Shown one piece after another: positions 34,118-45,164 of a DNA stretch of 64,000 nt. The DNA is taken from positions 20,204-84,203 of the forward strand of contig JBOGIG010000076.1 of assembly GCA_050742455.1 (NCBI GenBank), in the 5' to 3' direction. The position numbers were made by a program, and so were the translations under genes. Each line of letters opens with the position of its first letter. The first letter of the stretch is position 1. The notes beneath the pieces were generated by a model. That model did no database searches and was not told the DNA's origin. It saw only the letters and a list, made by a program, of their open reading frames with translations. The DNA comes from Acidimicrobiales bacterium (lineage in GTDB: Bacteria > Actinomycetota > Acidimicrobiia > Acidimicrobiales > JBOGIG01).

Positions 34118-35242
34118 CTACGCAGGGGTACAGAGTGCCCCGGCCAAGGAAGCCACGGCAGTGGTCCGGCGCCACTGACGCACGGCGTTGGCGTCCAAAC
34201 CGGCGGTGAAGAAGGCAAACGAGATGCCCGAATCGGGATCGGCAAAGGCAATCTGGCCCCCTGCCCCGTTGTGGCCGAACGTTCGAGACGACACGGTGCG
34301 GCCCATACCCCGCCGATGGGATTGCCCGTCGCCTCCGGCCATTACCAGTCCCAGTGTGCGGTTGGCCGGCACTCCTGTCAGGCGGTCGGGAAGATCGTTG
34401 CGCACCCGCGAGGTTGCGTCCGACAGTACGTTGGGGTCCCACAGGCCAAGGCTGTCGGTCAACAGGTTCTGGTAGAACAGAGCCAGATCCCCGGCCCTCA
34501 TGAACCCACCACCACCGGGTACTCCCACCTGCCGGGTACCCGGAAGGTTGAAGCTCAATAAAGCGGCGTCGGTGACCTCGGTTTGAGGTAGTTCGCGCAC
34601 CCCCAGCGCCGCCTCCAACTCATCGGGGGTCGAGGGCTGCCCCCGGGATTCGATGGTAGCGATGCCACCCTGTTCCCCAGGGGCCAGGCCCAGGACCCGG
34701 GGCAGGCCCAGGGGTGCGGTGATCCGGGACTCCAGGGCCGCGCAGTGATCCAGACCGGTAACCACGGCAATGACCTCGGCGAGGACCCAATGAGCCGAGG
34801 TCGGGTGGTACTCATAGGCGCTGCCGGGTTCCCAGTTGAGCCGCCAATGGGCAAATGCCTCCAAGCGTTCGCCCCGTTGCACCCACTGGGGAGGACCGAG
34901 CGGGGCATGGGGAAAGCCCGAGGTGTGCAGCATCACCTGCTCGAGGGTCACCGATTCCTTCCCCAAGGTGGCGAACCGGGGAATCCATTCGGCCACGGGC
35001 CTGGCCACGTCGATGCTCCCTTCGCCCATCAGCTGCCATATGACCGAGGCCACGAACGGCTTGGTCGCGCTGAAGACGGCGAAGCGGGTGTCGACGGAAC
35101 ACTGACCGAAGCACTCCTGGGCGACTATTTCTCCGTGTCGGGCCACGGCCAGGACCACGGCAGGCGACAATCCCTCCTCTACGTCACGCCGGGATCTCTC
35201 GACCAGGGCCTTGAGCCTCTCGGGGACGATTCGGGTGGTCAT
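34118..35242 (-). CDS. Serine hydrolase (beta-lactamase / EstB-like family)
   Basis: FAVFSATKPF (SxxK), a YEYH motif region, and HNGAGGQ near the C-terminus. Confidence 0.85.
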   Translation of the reverse strand: MTTRIVPERLKALVERSRRDVEEGLSPAVVLAVARHGEIVAQECFGQCSVDTRFAVFSATKPFVASVIWQLMGEGSIDVARPVAEWIPRFATLGKESVTLEQVMLHTSGFPHAPLGPPQWVQRGERLEAFAHWRLNWEPGSAYEYHPTSAHWVLAEVIAVVTGLDHCAALESRITAPLGLPRVLGLAPGEQGGIATIESRGQPSTPDELEAALGVRELPQTEVTDAALLSFNLPGTRQVGVPGGGGFMRAGDLALFYQNLLTDSLGLWDPNVLSDATSRVRNDLPDRLTGVPANRTLGLVMAGGDGQSHRRGMGRTVSSRTFGHNGAGGQIAFADPDSGISFAFFTAGLDANAVRQWRRTTAVASLAGALCTPA

Positions 35243-35324
35243 GAACCGCTCAGCCTAACCAGTGCTCCGCTCCAGGAGTTGGCCACCGGCACGGCCACAC
35301 CGGGTGGCCTTCGAAGATGAACGG

Positions 35325-36640
<1,316 letters not shown>

Positions 36641-36650
36641 TTAGGCCGAG

Positions 36651-37364
36651 GTGGCCTGGCCTCCGGTGAGCCAGACTGGAACCGTGAAGCCGTCGAACCC
36701 TGAGCACCAGCGAGGTCCCAGCTCGGGAGGATCGCCTAGTGACACGGCATTCGACCGGCGGGAACGGCTCAAGGTGGTATATCGCCAGGCCCTGGCCTGC
36801 GTCCGCTGCCCACTGTCCCAGACCCGCAACAAGGTCGTGTTCGGGGCGGGTAACGCCAACGCCGACCTCATGTTCGTCGGCGAGGCTCCGGGCGCCTCGG
36901 AGGACAAGGTGGGGCTCCCGTTCGTGGGGGCGGCCGGCAAGCTGCTCGACGAATTGCTGGGCGGGATCGGGATGGTCCGATCGGACGTGTTCATCGCCAA
37001 CGTTCTCAAATGCCGTCCCCCGGGAAATCGCGATCCTCGCCCCGACGAGATCCGGTCCTGTGAGTCCTACCTGCACTCCCAGGTGGCCCTGATCCAGCCA
37101 AAGGTCATCTGCACCCTGGGCAACTTCTCCACCAAGCTCCTGCGAGGCGACCCGACCGGCATCTCCCGCCTCCATGGCCGGGCCGAGCGCCTGGAACTCG
37201 GTTCATGGGCGGTTACCCTCTTCCCGATCCACCACCCGGCCGCCGCTCTCTACACGCCGTCCTTGCGCCAGACCCTGGCCGCCGACTTCTCCGCACTGGC
37301 CGGGTTACTGGCCGCCCCAGCGTCGGATCAGCCGGCGGGAGGAGACTCGCCGTTCGCGATCTGA
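36651..37364 (+). CDS. Uracil-DNA glycosylase, family 4
   Basis: CVRCPLSQTRNKVVFGAGNANADLMFVGEAPGASEDKVGLPFVGAAGKLLD and HPAAAL. Confidence 0.85.
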   Translation: MAWPPVSQTGTVKPSNPEHQRGPSSGGSPSDTAFDRRERLKVVYRQALACVRCPLSQTRNKVVFGAGNANADLMFVGEAPGASEDKVGLPFVGAAGKLLDELLGGIGMVRSDVFIANVLKCRPPGNRDPRPDEIRSCESYLHSQVALIQPKVICTLGNFSTKLLRGDPTGISRLHGRAERLELGSWAVTLFPIHHPAAALYTPSLRQTLAADFSALAGLLAAPASDQPAGGDSPFAI

Positions 37365-37416
37365 AGCCGCTATGGCTCCGGCGCCCCGCGCTCGCCACCC
37401 CAACCGTCGAAGGTGA

Positions 37417-37890
37417 TCAGCTCAGCTCGAAGGTGGCGTGCAAGGCCTGGACCGCCTTCTCGACATCCTTGATGGACACCACGCATGAGATGCGGATGGA
37501 CGAAGTGGAGATCATCTCGATGTTGATGTCGTTGGCGGCCAGGGTCTCGAACATGGCCGCGGTAACCCCGGGATGGGTTTTCATGCCTGCACCGACCAAC
37601 GAAACCCGGGCCACGCCCGCGTCCACGCTGACCTCGGCCCCACCCAGGTCGGGCAGCACCCGACGCGCCACCTCTTCGGATGTGGCCAGGTCTTCTTTGG
37701 GCACCGTGAAGGAGATGTCGGTGGTGTTGTGCACCGAGGTGTTCTGCACGATCATGTCCACGTTCACCTCCCGTTCGGCCAGGGCCCTGAACAGCCGGGC
37801 CGCGATCCCGGGTTGATCGGGCACGCCCCGGACTGTGACCTTGGCCTCGGTGGTGTCATGGGTCACGGCCGAGACAACCGCCTGCTCCAT
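37417..37890 (-). CDS. lysC: Probable in-frame aspartate kinase beta subunit (internal start)
   Basis: Internal ATG 37890 ([20 protein letters not shown]) is preceded by AAAAAGGAGG 8 nt upstream. The position matches the LysC-beta start described in Corynebacterium and Mycobacterium. Confidence 0.5.
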   Translation of the reverse strand: MEQAVVSAVTHDTTEAKVTVRGVPDQPGIAARLFRALAEREVNVDMIVQNTSVHNTTDISFTVPKEDLATSEEVARRVLPDLGGAEVSVDAGVARVSLVGAGMKTHPGVTAAMFETLAANDINIEMISTSSIRISCVVSIKDVEKAVQALHATFELS

Positions 37891-38628
37891 CAAGGCGTCC
37901 TCCTTTTTGACCCAGGTGCCTGGCTCCCAGGTGAAGCTCGATCGGACGTGGAGGTCCACGTCGTGATTGCGGGCGAACTCCACCGAGCGATGGACCAGGA
38001 CCCGGCCGCCACTGGATGATATTTCAAGCATCTCCTCGAACGAGACGACGGGTATGCGCCGGGCCTCGGGGACGACCCTGGGGTCGGCGGTGAACACCCC
38101 CGACACATCGGTGTAAATCTCGCATACCTGGGCTCCCAGCGCCGCGGCCAAGGCCACCGCTGTGGTGTCCGAACCGCCCCGACCCAAGGTGGTGATGTCC
38201 CGACCCTCCGATACGCCCTGGAAACCAGCCACAACGGGAACCTGGCCCTGGCCGAGAGCCAGGCGCAGCCGATCCCCCTTGACTTCGATGATCTTGGCCC
38301 TGGTGTGGACCGGGTCGGTGATGATCCCGGCCTGGCTCCCGGTGAATGAGGCGGCGGGCACGCCAAGATCGGCCAGGGCCATACACAACAGGGCCATCGA
38401 CACCCGCTCGCCCGAGGTGAGCAGCATGTCCAGCTCCCGACCGGGCTGGGTGGCGCTGACGTCATTGGCCAGGCGGATCAGGTCGTCGGTGCTCTTGCCC
38501 ATGGCCGACACCACCACCACCACCTGGTCGCCCCGTCTCACAGTACGAGCCACATGATCTGCCACGGCCCGGATCCGATCGGCATCGCCGACGGAGGTTC
38601 CTCCGAACTTCTGCACCAGCAGGCTCAC
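37417..38628 (-). CDS. lysC: Aspartate kinase (alpha subunit reading frame)
   Basis: [27 protein letters not shown], and two C-terminal ACT domains. Confidence 0.95.
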   Translation of the reverse strand: MSLLVQKFGGTSVGDADRIRAVADHVARTVRRGDQVVVVVSAMGKSTDDLIRLANDVSATQPGRELDMLLTSGERVSMALLCMALADLGVPAASFTGSQAGIITDPVHTRAKIIEVKGDRLRLALGQGQVPVVAGFQGVSEGRDITTLGRGGSDTTAVALAAALGAQVCEIYTDVSGVFTADPRVVPEARRIPVVSFEEMLEISSSGGRVLVHRSVEFARNHDVDLHVRSSFTWEPGTWVKKEDALMEQAVVSAVTHDTTEAKVTVRGVPDQPGIAARLFRALAEREVNVDMIVQNTSVHNTTDISFTVPKEDLATSEEVARRVLPDLGGAEVSVDAGVARVSLVGAGMKTHPGVTAAMFETLAANDINIEMISTSSIRISCVVSIKDVEKAVQALHATFELS

Positions 38629-38652
38629 GCCCCAGACCCTACCGTCCCCCGG

Positions 38653-39849
38653 TCAGTGGCCGGAGAGTTGGCCAAGCGTCACATTTACGGTTCGATTGGC
38701 TCCAGAGGAATCGGTGATAGCCACCTTGACCACTTGCCCCGGTTTGAGTTCGGCCAACAAATCGGACAGCTCAGAGGTGGTCTTGACCGCCTTGCCGTTC
38801 ACCGACAGGATGACGTCGCCGACCTTGATGCCGGCCTTGGCCGCCCCCTGGTTGGGCAGGACGCTGCGCACGATCACCCCGGCGGGCTGGCCGTTCTGGT
38901 CGAAACCGGTGGCCACAACGACGCCGAGTGCGGCGCGACCGGAGTTCGTGACCTTGCCCGAGGCCACCAGCTGCGAGGCGATGAGCTTGACCGTGTTGGA
39001 CGCGATGGCAAAGCCGATGCCGGGTGCGGCGCCGCCTCCCAGCTGGGCGGTGGTCGCCACCAGGGTGGGAATGCCGATCACCTGACCGGCGATGTCGACG
39101 AGCGCGCCCCCGCTGTTGCCCGGATTGATCGAGGCGCTGGTCTGCACGGTGTCCGGCAGGGTCACGCCGTTGCGTCCCTCGCTCACGGTGCGACCCACGG
39201 CCGACACGATCCCACTCGTAACGCTGGACTGCAGACCCAGCGGGTTGCCCACAGCCAGGGTGATCTGTCCCACCTGGAGGAGGGAGGAGTCGGCGAACTT
39301 GGCCGGAACCAGCCCCGTGGCTCCCGTCACCTTGATCACGGCCAGGTCGTCGGGGGCAAAAGCTCCGACCAGCGTGGCCGGGAAGGTGTGGCCGTTGGGG
39401 GTGGTGACGGTGAAGGTGGAATGCCCGGCCACCACATGATTGTTGGTGACGATGTCGCCCTTGTTGTCATAGACGATGCCCGATCCCAAGTCGGTGTTGG
39501 TTGAGATCTCGACCACCGACGGTCGCACCTTGGTCACCACGGCTTCGTAGGCACTCTGGAGGGCCAGGGCCCCCGATGTTCCTGATAGGGCTGGGGCTGT
39601 GGTCGTGGGGACCGATCCGCCGGCCGGGGCCGGCGCGGTGGTGGAGGAGTGACTCGAAGCGGCAGAGGGCGTGGACGAACAGGCCGCGGCTACCACGCTC
39701 AGTACCACCAGGCTGGTCAGGGCCAGGCTTCGCCTGGACCTTCTCGAACGAGCCGGGGGCAAACCATCCGAGGATGGGCCAGACGGCCGGGCGGGAACTT
39801 GTCGCACGTGGATTGATATCTCCAGCCCCGCCACTGGTGAAACATGGCA
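38653..39849 (-). CDS. HtrA/DegP-family serine protease with PDZ domain (secreted or lipoprotein-like)
   Basis: Intact triad motifs IVTNNHVV, DDLAVIKV and INPGNSGGALV, plus the PDZ segment GVIVRSVLPNQGAAKAGIKVGDVI. N-terminal SLALTSLVVLSVVAAACSS. Start is uncertain (GTG 39849, 39831 or 39807). Confidence 0.8.
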   Translation of the reverse strand, partial: CHVSPVAGLEISIHVRQVPARPSGPSSDGLPPARSRRSRRSLALTSLVVLSVVAAACSSTPSAASSHSSTTAPAPAGGSVPTTTAPALSGTSGALALQSAYEAVVTKVRPSVVEISTNTDLGSGIVYDNKGDIVTNNHVVAGHSTFTVTTPNGHTFPATLVGAFAPDDLAVIKVTGATGLVPAKFADSSLLQVGQITLAVGNPLGLQSSVTSGIVSAVGRTVSEGRNGVTLPDTVQTSASINPGNSGGALVDIAGQVIGIPTLVATTAQLGGGAAPGIGFAIASNTVKLIASQLVASGKVTNSGRAALGVVVATGFDQNGQPAGVIVRSVLPNQGAAKAGIKVGDVILSVNGKAVKTTSELSDLLAELKPGQVVKVAITDSSGANRTVNVTLGQLSGH

Positions 39850-39931
39850 CACGGAATCCGGACCAGGGGTGAAACCTGGCCTGCCAGGCCGGGATGCGAG
39901 CAGGCGGGACCGTCCGATAGCGTGGGGTCCC

Positions 39932-40723
39932 GTGCCCACACCGAAGCGAGAACGCAAGAAGGCCGGGAAGATGGCGCGGCGGGCACAGTTGGAAGCCGCC
40001 CGGCGCCGTAAGGCCCGCCGCAGCCAGGGCGTGACCCTTGGGGTGATCGTGATCATCGCCGTGGTGATCGTCATCCTGGTGACCCAGGGGGGTTCGGGCA
40101 AGTCGAAATCAGCCGCTTCGTCCACGACCACCACGCCCAAGTCCACCACGACCAGCGCGGCCCCCACCGCCGTTGCCCCAACGTGTCCCAAGATCGACGG
40201 AACCTCACCGCAGGAACGCAAATTCACCGCCGCCCCTCCCGTATGCATCAACCCGGCCAAGCACTACACGGCCAACGTCACAACCGACGTGGGCAGCTTC
40301 GTGATCTCACTCGACTCGGCGGCCGCGCCCAAGACGGTGAACAACTTTGTCTTTCTGGCCCGGTATCACTACTACGACGGGGTCATCTTCCACCGCGTCA
40401 TCCCCGGCTTTGTCGTTCAGGGTGGGGATCCGACCGGCACGGGCCAGGGTGGTCCGGGCTATAAGTTCGCCGACGAGCTGCCCAAGGCCGGGGCCTACAA
40501 GATCGGTTCCGTGGCCATGGCCAACTCCGGGCCCAATACCAACGGGAGCCAGTTCTTCATAATCACCGGTTCCCAGGGCACCGCTCTTCCGCCCAAGTAC
40601 TCGCTGTTCGGTCAGGTCACATCGGGTATGAGTGTGGTGAGCAAGATCGAAAAGGATGGTTCGGCCTCGGGCACACCCACGGTGACCCACAAGATGATCA
40701 AGGTCACAATCACCCAGTCCTGA
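39932..40723 (+). CDS. Membrane-anchored cyclophilin-type peptidyl-prolyl isomerase
   Basis: Basic N-terminus plus TM segment (LGVIVIIAVVIVILV), then FHRVIPGFVVQGGDPTGTG.GGPGY.F.DE and MANSGPNTNGSQFFI. Start is GTG 39932 or ATG 39971. Confidence 0.85.
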   Translation: MPTPKRERKKAGKMARRAQLEAARRRKARRSQGVTLGVIVIIAVVIVILVTQGGSGKSKSAASSTTTTPKSTTTSAAPTAVAPTCPKIDGTSPQERKFTAAPPVCINPAKHYTANVTTDVGSFVISLDSAAAPKTVNNFVFLARYHYYDGVIFHRVIPGFVVQGGDPTGTGQGGPGYKFADELPKAGAYKIGSVAMANSGPNTNGSQFFIITGSQGTALPPKYSLFGQVTSGMSVVSKIEKDGSASGTPTVTHKMIKVTITQS

Positions 40724-40800
40724 GAGTTACACCGTCCTGAGAGCTACCCAGTCTCAAGAGTCGCCCAGTCTTGAGCCAACCAAGTCGAACAATCAGCCAA
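40713..40800. repeat. Decaying 17-bp tandem array (about 5 units) seeded by the last codons and stop of the upstream PPIase gene
   Basis: CCCAGTCCTGAGAGTTA / CACCGTCCTGAGAGCTA / CCCAGTCTCAAGAGTCG / CCCAGTCTTGAGCCAAC / CAAGTCGAACAATCAGC. Confidence 0.75.
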
Positions 40801-40832
40801 CTTCAGCCTATTTTGCGAAAGAGAGCGTTTCC

Positions 40833-41387
40833 ATGACCTCACCGTGTCCCGCTGCCGACGGCTCCTCGCCCCGTACCCAGAAGTTTGACGGTCCGCCACC
40901 CCTATGCATCGATGCCTCGGTGGCCTATACGGCCGAAATGACTACATCCATGGGGACCATGACCATCGCCCTGGACGCCCTGGCCGCCCCCAACACCGTC
41001 AACAGCTTCGTCTTCCTGGCCCGCTACCACTACTTCGAGGGCATCGTCTTTCACCGCATCATCCCCGGTTTCGTCCTCCAGGGTGGCGACCCGACCGGGA
41101 CCGGTACGGGCGGCCCGGGATACCGTTTTGACGACGAACTGCCCAGCCCGGGACGCTACGAGCTGGGCTCGTTGGCCATGGCCAACTCCGGCCCCAACAC
41201 CAACGGGAGCCAGTTCTTCGTCATCAGCGGACCCGATGGCATGCGCCTGCCCCCCCAGTACTCCCTGTTCGGCAAGGTAGTAGCCGGACTGGACGTGGTG
41301 TCGGCCATCGACGCGGTTGGAAGCCGCTCGGGAAAGCCGAGCCATAAGGTGACGATCGACTCGGTCACCATCAGCCCTGCCGACTGA
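40833..41387 (+). CDS. Cytoplasmic cyclophilin-type peptidyl-prolyl isomerase
   Basis: FHRIIPGFVLQGGDPTGTGTGGPGYRFDDE and MANSGPNTNGSQFFV. Paralog of the preceding gene, without the TM anchor. Confidence 0.9.
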   Translation: MTSPCPAADGSSPRTQKFDGPPPLCIDASVAYTAEMTTSMGTMTIALDALAAPNTVNSFVFLARYHYFEGIVFHRIIPGFVLQGGDPTGTGTGGPGYRFDDELPSPGRYELGSLAMANSGPNTNGSQFFVISGPDGMRLPPQYSLFGKVVAGLDVVSAIDAVGSRSGKPSHKVTIDSVTISPAD

Positions 41388-41408
41388 GCCCGGGCTCGAC
41401 CACCTGGC

Positions 41409-42164
41409 TCAATCGGAGCGCTGCAGGACCTCCAGCCCGGCGCGCTCGCCGTCCACGAAGACCTGGACCTGGCCTGCCCCCCGGGCCTTCCAGGTGCCAT
41501 CGGACTCCCGGATGAGCGCAGTGGCCTCGTCTATCCCCACCACCGGCAAGCCTCGGGAGGCCAGATTCAAGGTGCGGTGGCGGCGCTCTTCGGAGAAGGC
41601 GGCAAAATGCGGGATGATGGCCAACTGCTCGATCAGTCCCAGCCCCAGGGTAAAGGCGCCTCCACGGGGGTCGACCATGGGATCGGTGAGCACCATGGCG
41701 CCGGCCGAAGAACCGGCCACCACCGCTCCCGATCTCCACGCCTCCATGAGGGCCTGCCAGGTCGGAGTGGCCTTGAGCACGCTGCGCAAATGGAGTGGCG
41801 AGCCCCCGGTCAGGTAGATGAACCGGGCCGATCGAACGACCTCGGCCACCCCGGGGTCCTCGGCCTCGGAACGGGCCAGCACCATCAGGCCGTTGACCGC
41901 CACACCAAATTGGGCGAACCACTTGCGCGCCGTATCCACGGCACGACCGGGATTCTCGTAGGCCGCTGCGGTGGGCAGGACCACCACCTCGGATCCACCG
42001 ACCGCGGCCAACTCTGCATCGAAGTCGCATCCCGGGCCGAACTCTGCTCCGCCCACCAGAGCCACGATCCCAGCGCTGGCAGTGACATCAGGGCCAATCT
42101 GGCCCTCCGATGACAGCCCTTGGCCCTCGGACAGCAGGTCTTGGCCCTCGGGCGACATGGCCAT
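41409..42164 (-). CDS. Peptidase S51 / cyanophycinase-like (class I glutamine amidotransferase-like fold)
   Basis: VVLPTAAAY.....ARFIYLTGGSPLHL...GAVVAGSSAGAMVL (nucleophile Ser in GSSAGA). The N-terminus contains 21-bp x3 imperfect repeats; the start could be 42164 or 42233. Confidence 0.7.
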   Translation of the reverse strand: MAMSPEGQDLLSEGQGLSSEGQIGPDVTASAGIVALVGGAEFGPGCDFDAELAAVGGSEVVVLPTAAAYENPGRAVDTARKWFAQFGVAVNGLMVLARSEAEDPGVAEVVRSARFIYLTGGSPLHLRSVLKATPTWQALMEAWRSGAVVAGSSAGAMVLTDPMVDPRGGAFTLGLGLIEQLAIIPHFAAFSEERRHRTLNLASRGLPVVGIDEATALIRESDGTWKARGAGQVQVFVDGERAGLEVLQRSD

Positions 42165-42250
42165 GACCCTAATACGCGGTGCACGGCGCGGCGGAGCCGG
42201 CGCGGTAGGCAGTTGAGCACTCAGGGCGGCCACCGGTAGCCTTCCGGCCC

Positions 42251-43105
42251 ATGGAAATCAAACGGTTGGGAATTCTGGGGTCGGGCATCATGGGTTCGGG
42301 GATGGCCGAGTGTGCCGCCGTTCACGGCTTTGAGGTAGTGCTCCGTTCCCGCCAACAAAACAGTGCCGACGCCATGATGGCCGCCCTGGAGAAGTCCCTG
42401 GCCAAGCAAGTCGAGCGCTCCAAACTGAGCGAGGAAGAGAGCCAGGCCGCCCTGGGACGGGTGAGGGCCACGGCCAAGCTGGACGACCTGGCTACATGCG
42501 ACCTGGTGATCGAGTCGGTCGTGGAAGACCTCGACGTCAAGAAGCATTTATTCAACGAGCTGGATCGGATCTGCAAGCCCGAAGCCATCCTGGCCACCAA
42601 CACCTCGACTCTGGCCGTCATCGACATGGCCATGGAGACCAGCCGGCCCGACCGGGTGTGCGGCATCCATTTCTTCAATCCAGCGCCGGTCATGGCCCTG
42701 GTGGAGATCGTGGAACCGCTCACGGCCAGCTCCGAGACCCTCGAAGCAGCCCACGCCTTCGCGACCCAGTGCGGCAAGACGCCGGTGAGGGTCAAGGACC
42801 AGGCCGGGTTCATCGTCAATGCCCTTCTCTTTCCCTACCTGAACAACGCAGTGCGCCTCCTGCAGACGGGTGTGGCCGATGCCGAGGGCATCGATGCGGC
42901 CATGAAGGGCGGCTGTGGCTTCCCCATGGGGCCTTTGGCCCTGCTCGACCTGGTCGGGCTGGACACCAGTGTGGCCATTCTCGATGCCCTCTACAACGAG
43001 TTTCGGGACCCCAACTACGCCGCCGTTCCCGAGATGCGCCGGATGGTCTCCGCGGGCCGATTGGGCCGCAAGTCCGGCCAGGGCTTCTACGATTACCGGC
43101 GATAG
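42251..43105 (+). CDS. hbd: 3-hydroxybutyryl-CoA dehydrogenase
   Basis: LGILGSGIMGSGMA Rossmann motif, TNTS, HFFNPAPVM and GFIVNALL. Confidence 0.9.
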   Translation: MEIKRLGILGSGIMGSGMAECAAVHGFEVVLRSRQQNSADAMMAALEKSLAKQVERSKLSEEESQAALGRVRATAKLDDLATCDLVIESVVEDLDVKKHLFNELDRICKPEAILATNTSTLAVIDMAMETSRPDRVCGIHFFNPAPVMALVEIVEPLTASSETLEAAHAFATQCGKTPVRVKDQAGFIVNALLFPYLNNAVRLLQTGVADAEGIDAAMKGGCGFPMGPLALLDLVGLDTSVAILDALYNEFRDPNYAAVPEMRRMVSAGRLGRKSGQGFYDYRR

Positions 43106-43194
43106 CCGGTAATCGTTGGGGACGGGCAGGATATCCTGGTCGCCCCCAGTGGATCGATCTTGACCGGCGAGCTGGATAACGGGAGGGCTCGGAT

Positions 43195-45162
43195 ATGGCC
43201 GACAAGGCTTGGGTAATGAGGACCTACTCGGGCCATTCCACGGCTCGGGCCTCCAATGCCCTCTATCGCACCAACCTGGCCAAGGGTCAGACCGGGCTCA
43301 GCGTGGCCTTCGACCTACCCACCCAGATCGGCTATGACCCCGACTCCCCCGAAGCCGGAGGCGAGGTGGGAAAAGTTGGGGTCCCGGTGGCTCATCTGGG
43401 CCATATGGGCCAGCTCATGGACGGGATCCCGCTCGATGAGATGAACACCTCGATGACCATCAATGCCACGGCGGCGTGGTTGTTGGCCCTCTACATAGCC
43501 CACGCCGAAAGTGTGGGGGTGGACGCCTCGGCTCTGGCCGGAACCACGCAGAACGACATAGTCAAGGAGTACCTGTCGAGGGGTACCTTCATTTTCCCGC
43601 CCGAACCGAGCCGGCGCCTCATAAGCGACATGGTGGCCTACACGGTTCACCACGTTCCCAAGTGGAACCCCATCAATGTATGCAGCTACCACCTCCAAGA
43701 GGCCGGAGCAACCCCTACCCAGGAGGTGGCCTACGCCTTGGCCACGGCCATCGGTGTCTTAGATGCCGTGGCCGAGTCGGGCCAGGTGGCCCCACAAGAC
43801 TTCGCCCAGGTCGTGGGTCGGATCTCGTTCTTCGTGAACGCAGGGATCCGCTTCATCGAGGAGACGTGCAAGATGCGGGCGTTCACCACTATGTGGGAGC
43901 GGATCTGCACCGAGCGCTACGGGGTGAGCGACCCCAAACTGCGTCGATTTCGCTACGGGGTCCAGGTCAACTCGCTGGGCCTAACGGAAAGCCAGCCCGA
44001 GAACAACGTCCCCCGCATCGTGCTCGAGGCCTTGGGCGTCACCCTGTCCCGGGGGGCCCGAGCACGGGCCTTGCAATTGCCCGCCTGGAACGAGGCCCTG
44101 GGGCTTCCCCGGCCATGGGATCAGCAGTGGTCGCTACGCATCCAGCAGATCCTGGCCTACGAGACCGACCTGCTCGAATACGAAGACATTTTCGACGGAT
44201 CGGTGGTGATCGAGGGGCGAACAGCCGAACTGGTTGCATCGGCCACCGCCGAGCTGGACGAAGTTCTGGCCCTGGGTGGGGCTTTCGAGGCCATCGACGA
44301 GCTCAAGGCTCGCCTGGTCAGGAGTCAGGCCGACCGGGCCCGACGCATCGAGACCGGCGAGCTTTTGGTGGTGGGGGTCAACTGCTTCACCGACACGGCG
44401 CCGTCGCCCCTGGATCCGCCAGAGGGTGAGGAGGTCTTCTTGAGGGTCGACCCGGCGGTGGGGGCCGAGATGATCGCCGACGTCGTCGCATGGCGGATGG
44501 CCCGGGACAACGACTCTGTTCGGGCCGCCCTGGAAGAGTTGCGGCGGGTGGCGTCGACAAACGAGAACATCATGGTCCCCACCATCGCCCTGGCCCGGGT
44601 CGGGGGCACGACCGGCGAGTGGGCCGGCATCCTGCGAGAGGTATTTGGCGAGTACAGGGCTCCCACCGGAGTGAACGGGGCGGTCGGTCGCCGGGGAAGC
44701 GAGATGGCGGGCGTGCTGGCCCGGGTCCAGGCTCTCCCCGGGGGGCCACCCCGCATGCTGGTGGCCAAGCCAGGACTTGACGGCCACTCCAACGGCGCCG
44801 AGCAGATTGCCGTGGCCGCTCGCGATGCCGGATTTGAGGTGATCTATCAGGGCATCCGCCTGACCCCCTCCCAGATCGCGGTGGCGGCGCGGGACGAGGA
44901 CGTGGACCTGGTAGGGATCTCGATCCTTTCGGGTAGCCATCTGGAATTGATCCCCGACATCGTTCGCCTCCTGCGCGCCTTTGGGGTGGAGGCGCCGGTG
45001 GTGGCCGGAGGGATCATCTCGGGAACCGATGCGACCCGGCTGGCCAAGGCCGGGGTGGCTGCGGTGTACACCCCGAAGGACTTCGACTTCACCCGGATCA
45101 TGAACGATCTGGTGGACCTGGTGGCCGACCACCGCCTGGAGGGGGCCGTGGTCCATCCTTAA
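43195..45162 (+). CDS. ecm: Acyl-CoA mutase with fused B12-binding domain, ethylmalonyl-CoA mutase (MeaA/Ecm)-like
   Basis: WVMRTYSGHSTARASNALYRTNLAKGQTGLSVAFDLPTQIGYD and MNTSMTINATA resemble the Ecm/MeaA subtype more than MutB or IcmA. The C-terminal KPGLDGHSNGAE is the B12 DxHxxG-type motif. ccr and an epimerase are nearby. Confidence 0.75.
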   Translation: MADKAWVMRTYSGHSTARASNALYRTNLAKGQTGLSVAFDLPTQIGYDPDSPEAGGEVGKVGVPVAHLGHMGQLMDGIPLDEMNTSMTINATAAWLLALYIAHAESVGVDASALAGTTQNDIVKEYLSRGTFIFPPEPSRRLISDMVAYTVHHVPKWNPINVCSYHLQEAGATPTQEVAYALATAIGVLDAVAESGQVAPQDFAQVVGRISFFVNAGIRFIEETCKMRAFTTMWERICTERYGVSDPKLRRFRYGVQVNSLGLTESQPENNVPRIVLEALGVTLSRGARARALQLPAWNEALGLPRPWDQQWSLRIQQILAYETDLLEYEDIFDGSVVIEGRTAELVASATAELDEVLALGGAFEAIDELKARLVRSQADRARRIETGELLVVGVNCFTDTAPSPLDPPEGEEVFLRVDPAVGAEMIADVVAWRMARDNDSVRAALEELRRVASTNENIMVPTIALARVGGTTGEWAGILREVFGEYRAPTGVNGAVGRRGSEMAGVLARVQALPGGPPRMLVAKPGLDGHSNGAEQIAVAARDAGFEVIYQGIRLTPSQIAVAARDEDVDLVGISILSGSHLELIPDIVRLLRAFGVEAPVVAGGIISGTDATRLAKAGVAAVYTPKDFDFTRIMNDLVDLVADHRLEGAVVHP

Positions 45163-45164
45163 TC

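Noticed and set aside
39850-40260. N-terminal extension of the htrA ORF (38653..40260)
   Set aside because: It would overlap the divergent cyclophilin gene start and is unlike HtrA N-termini. The signal/lipobox-like segment begins only after about 39800.
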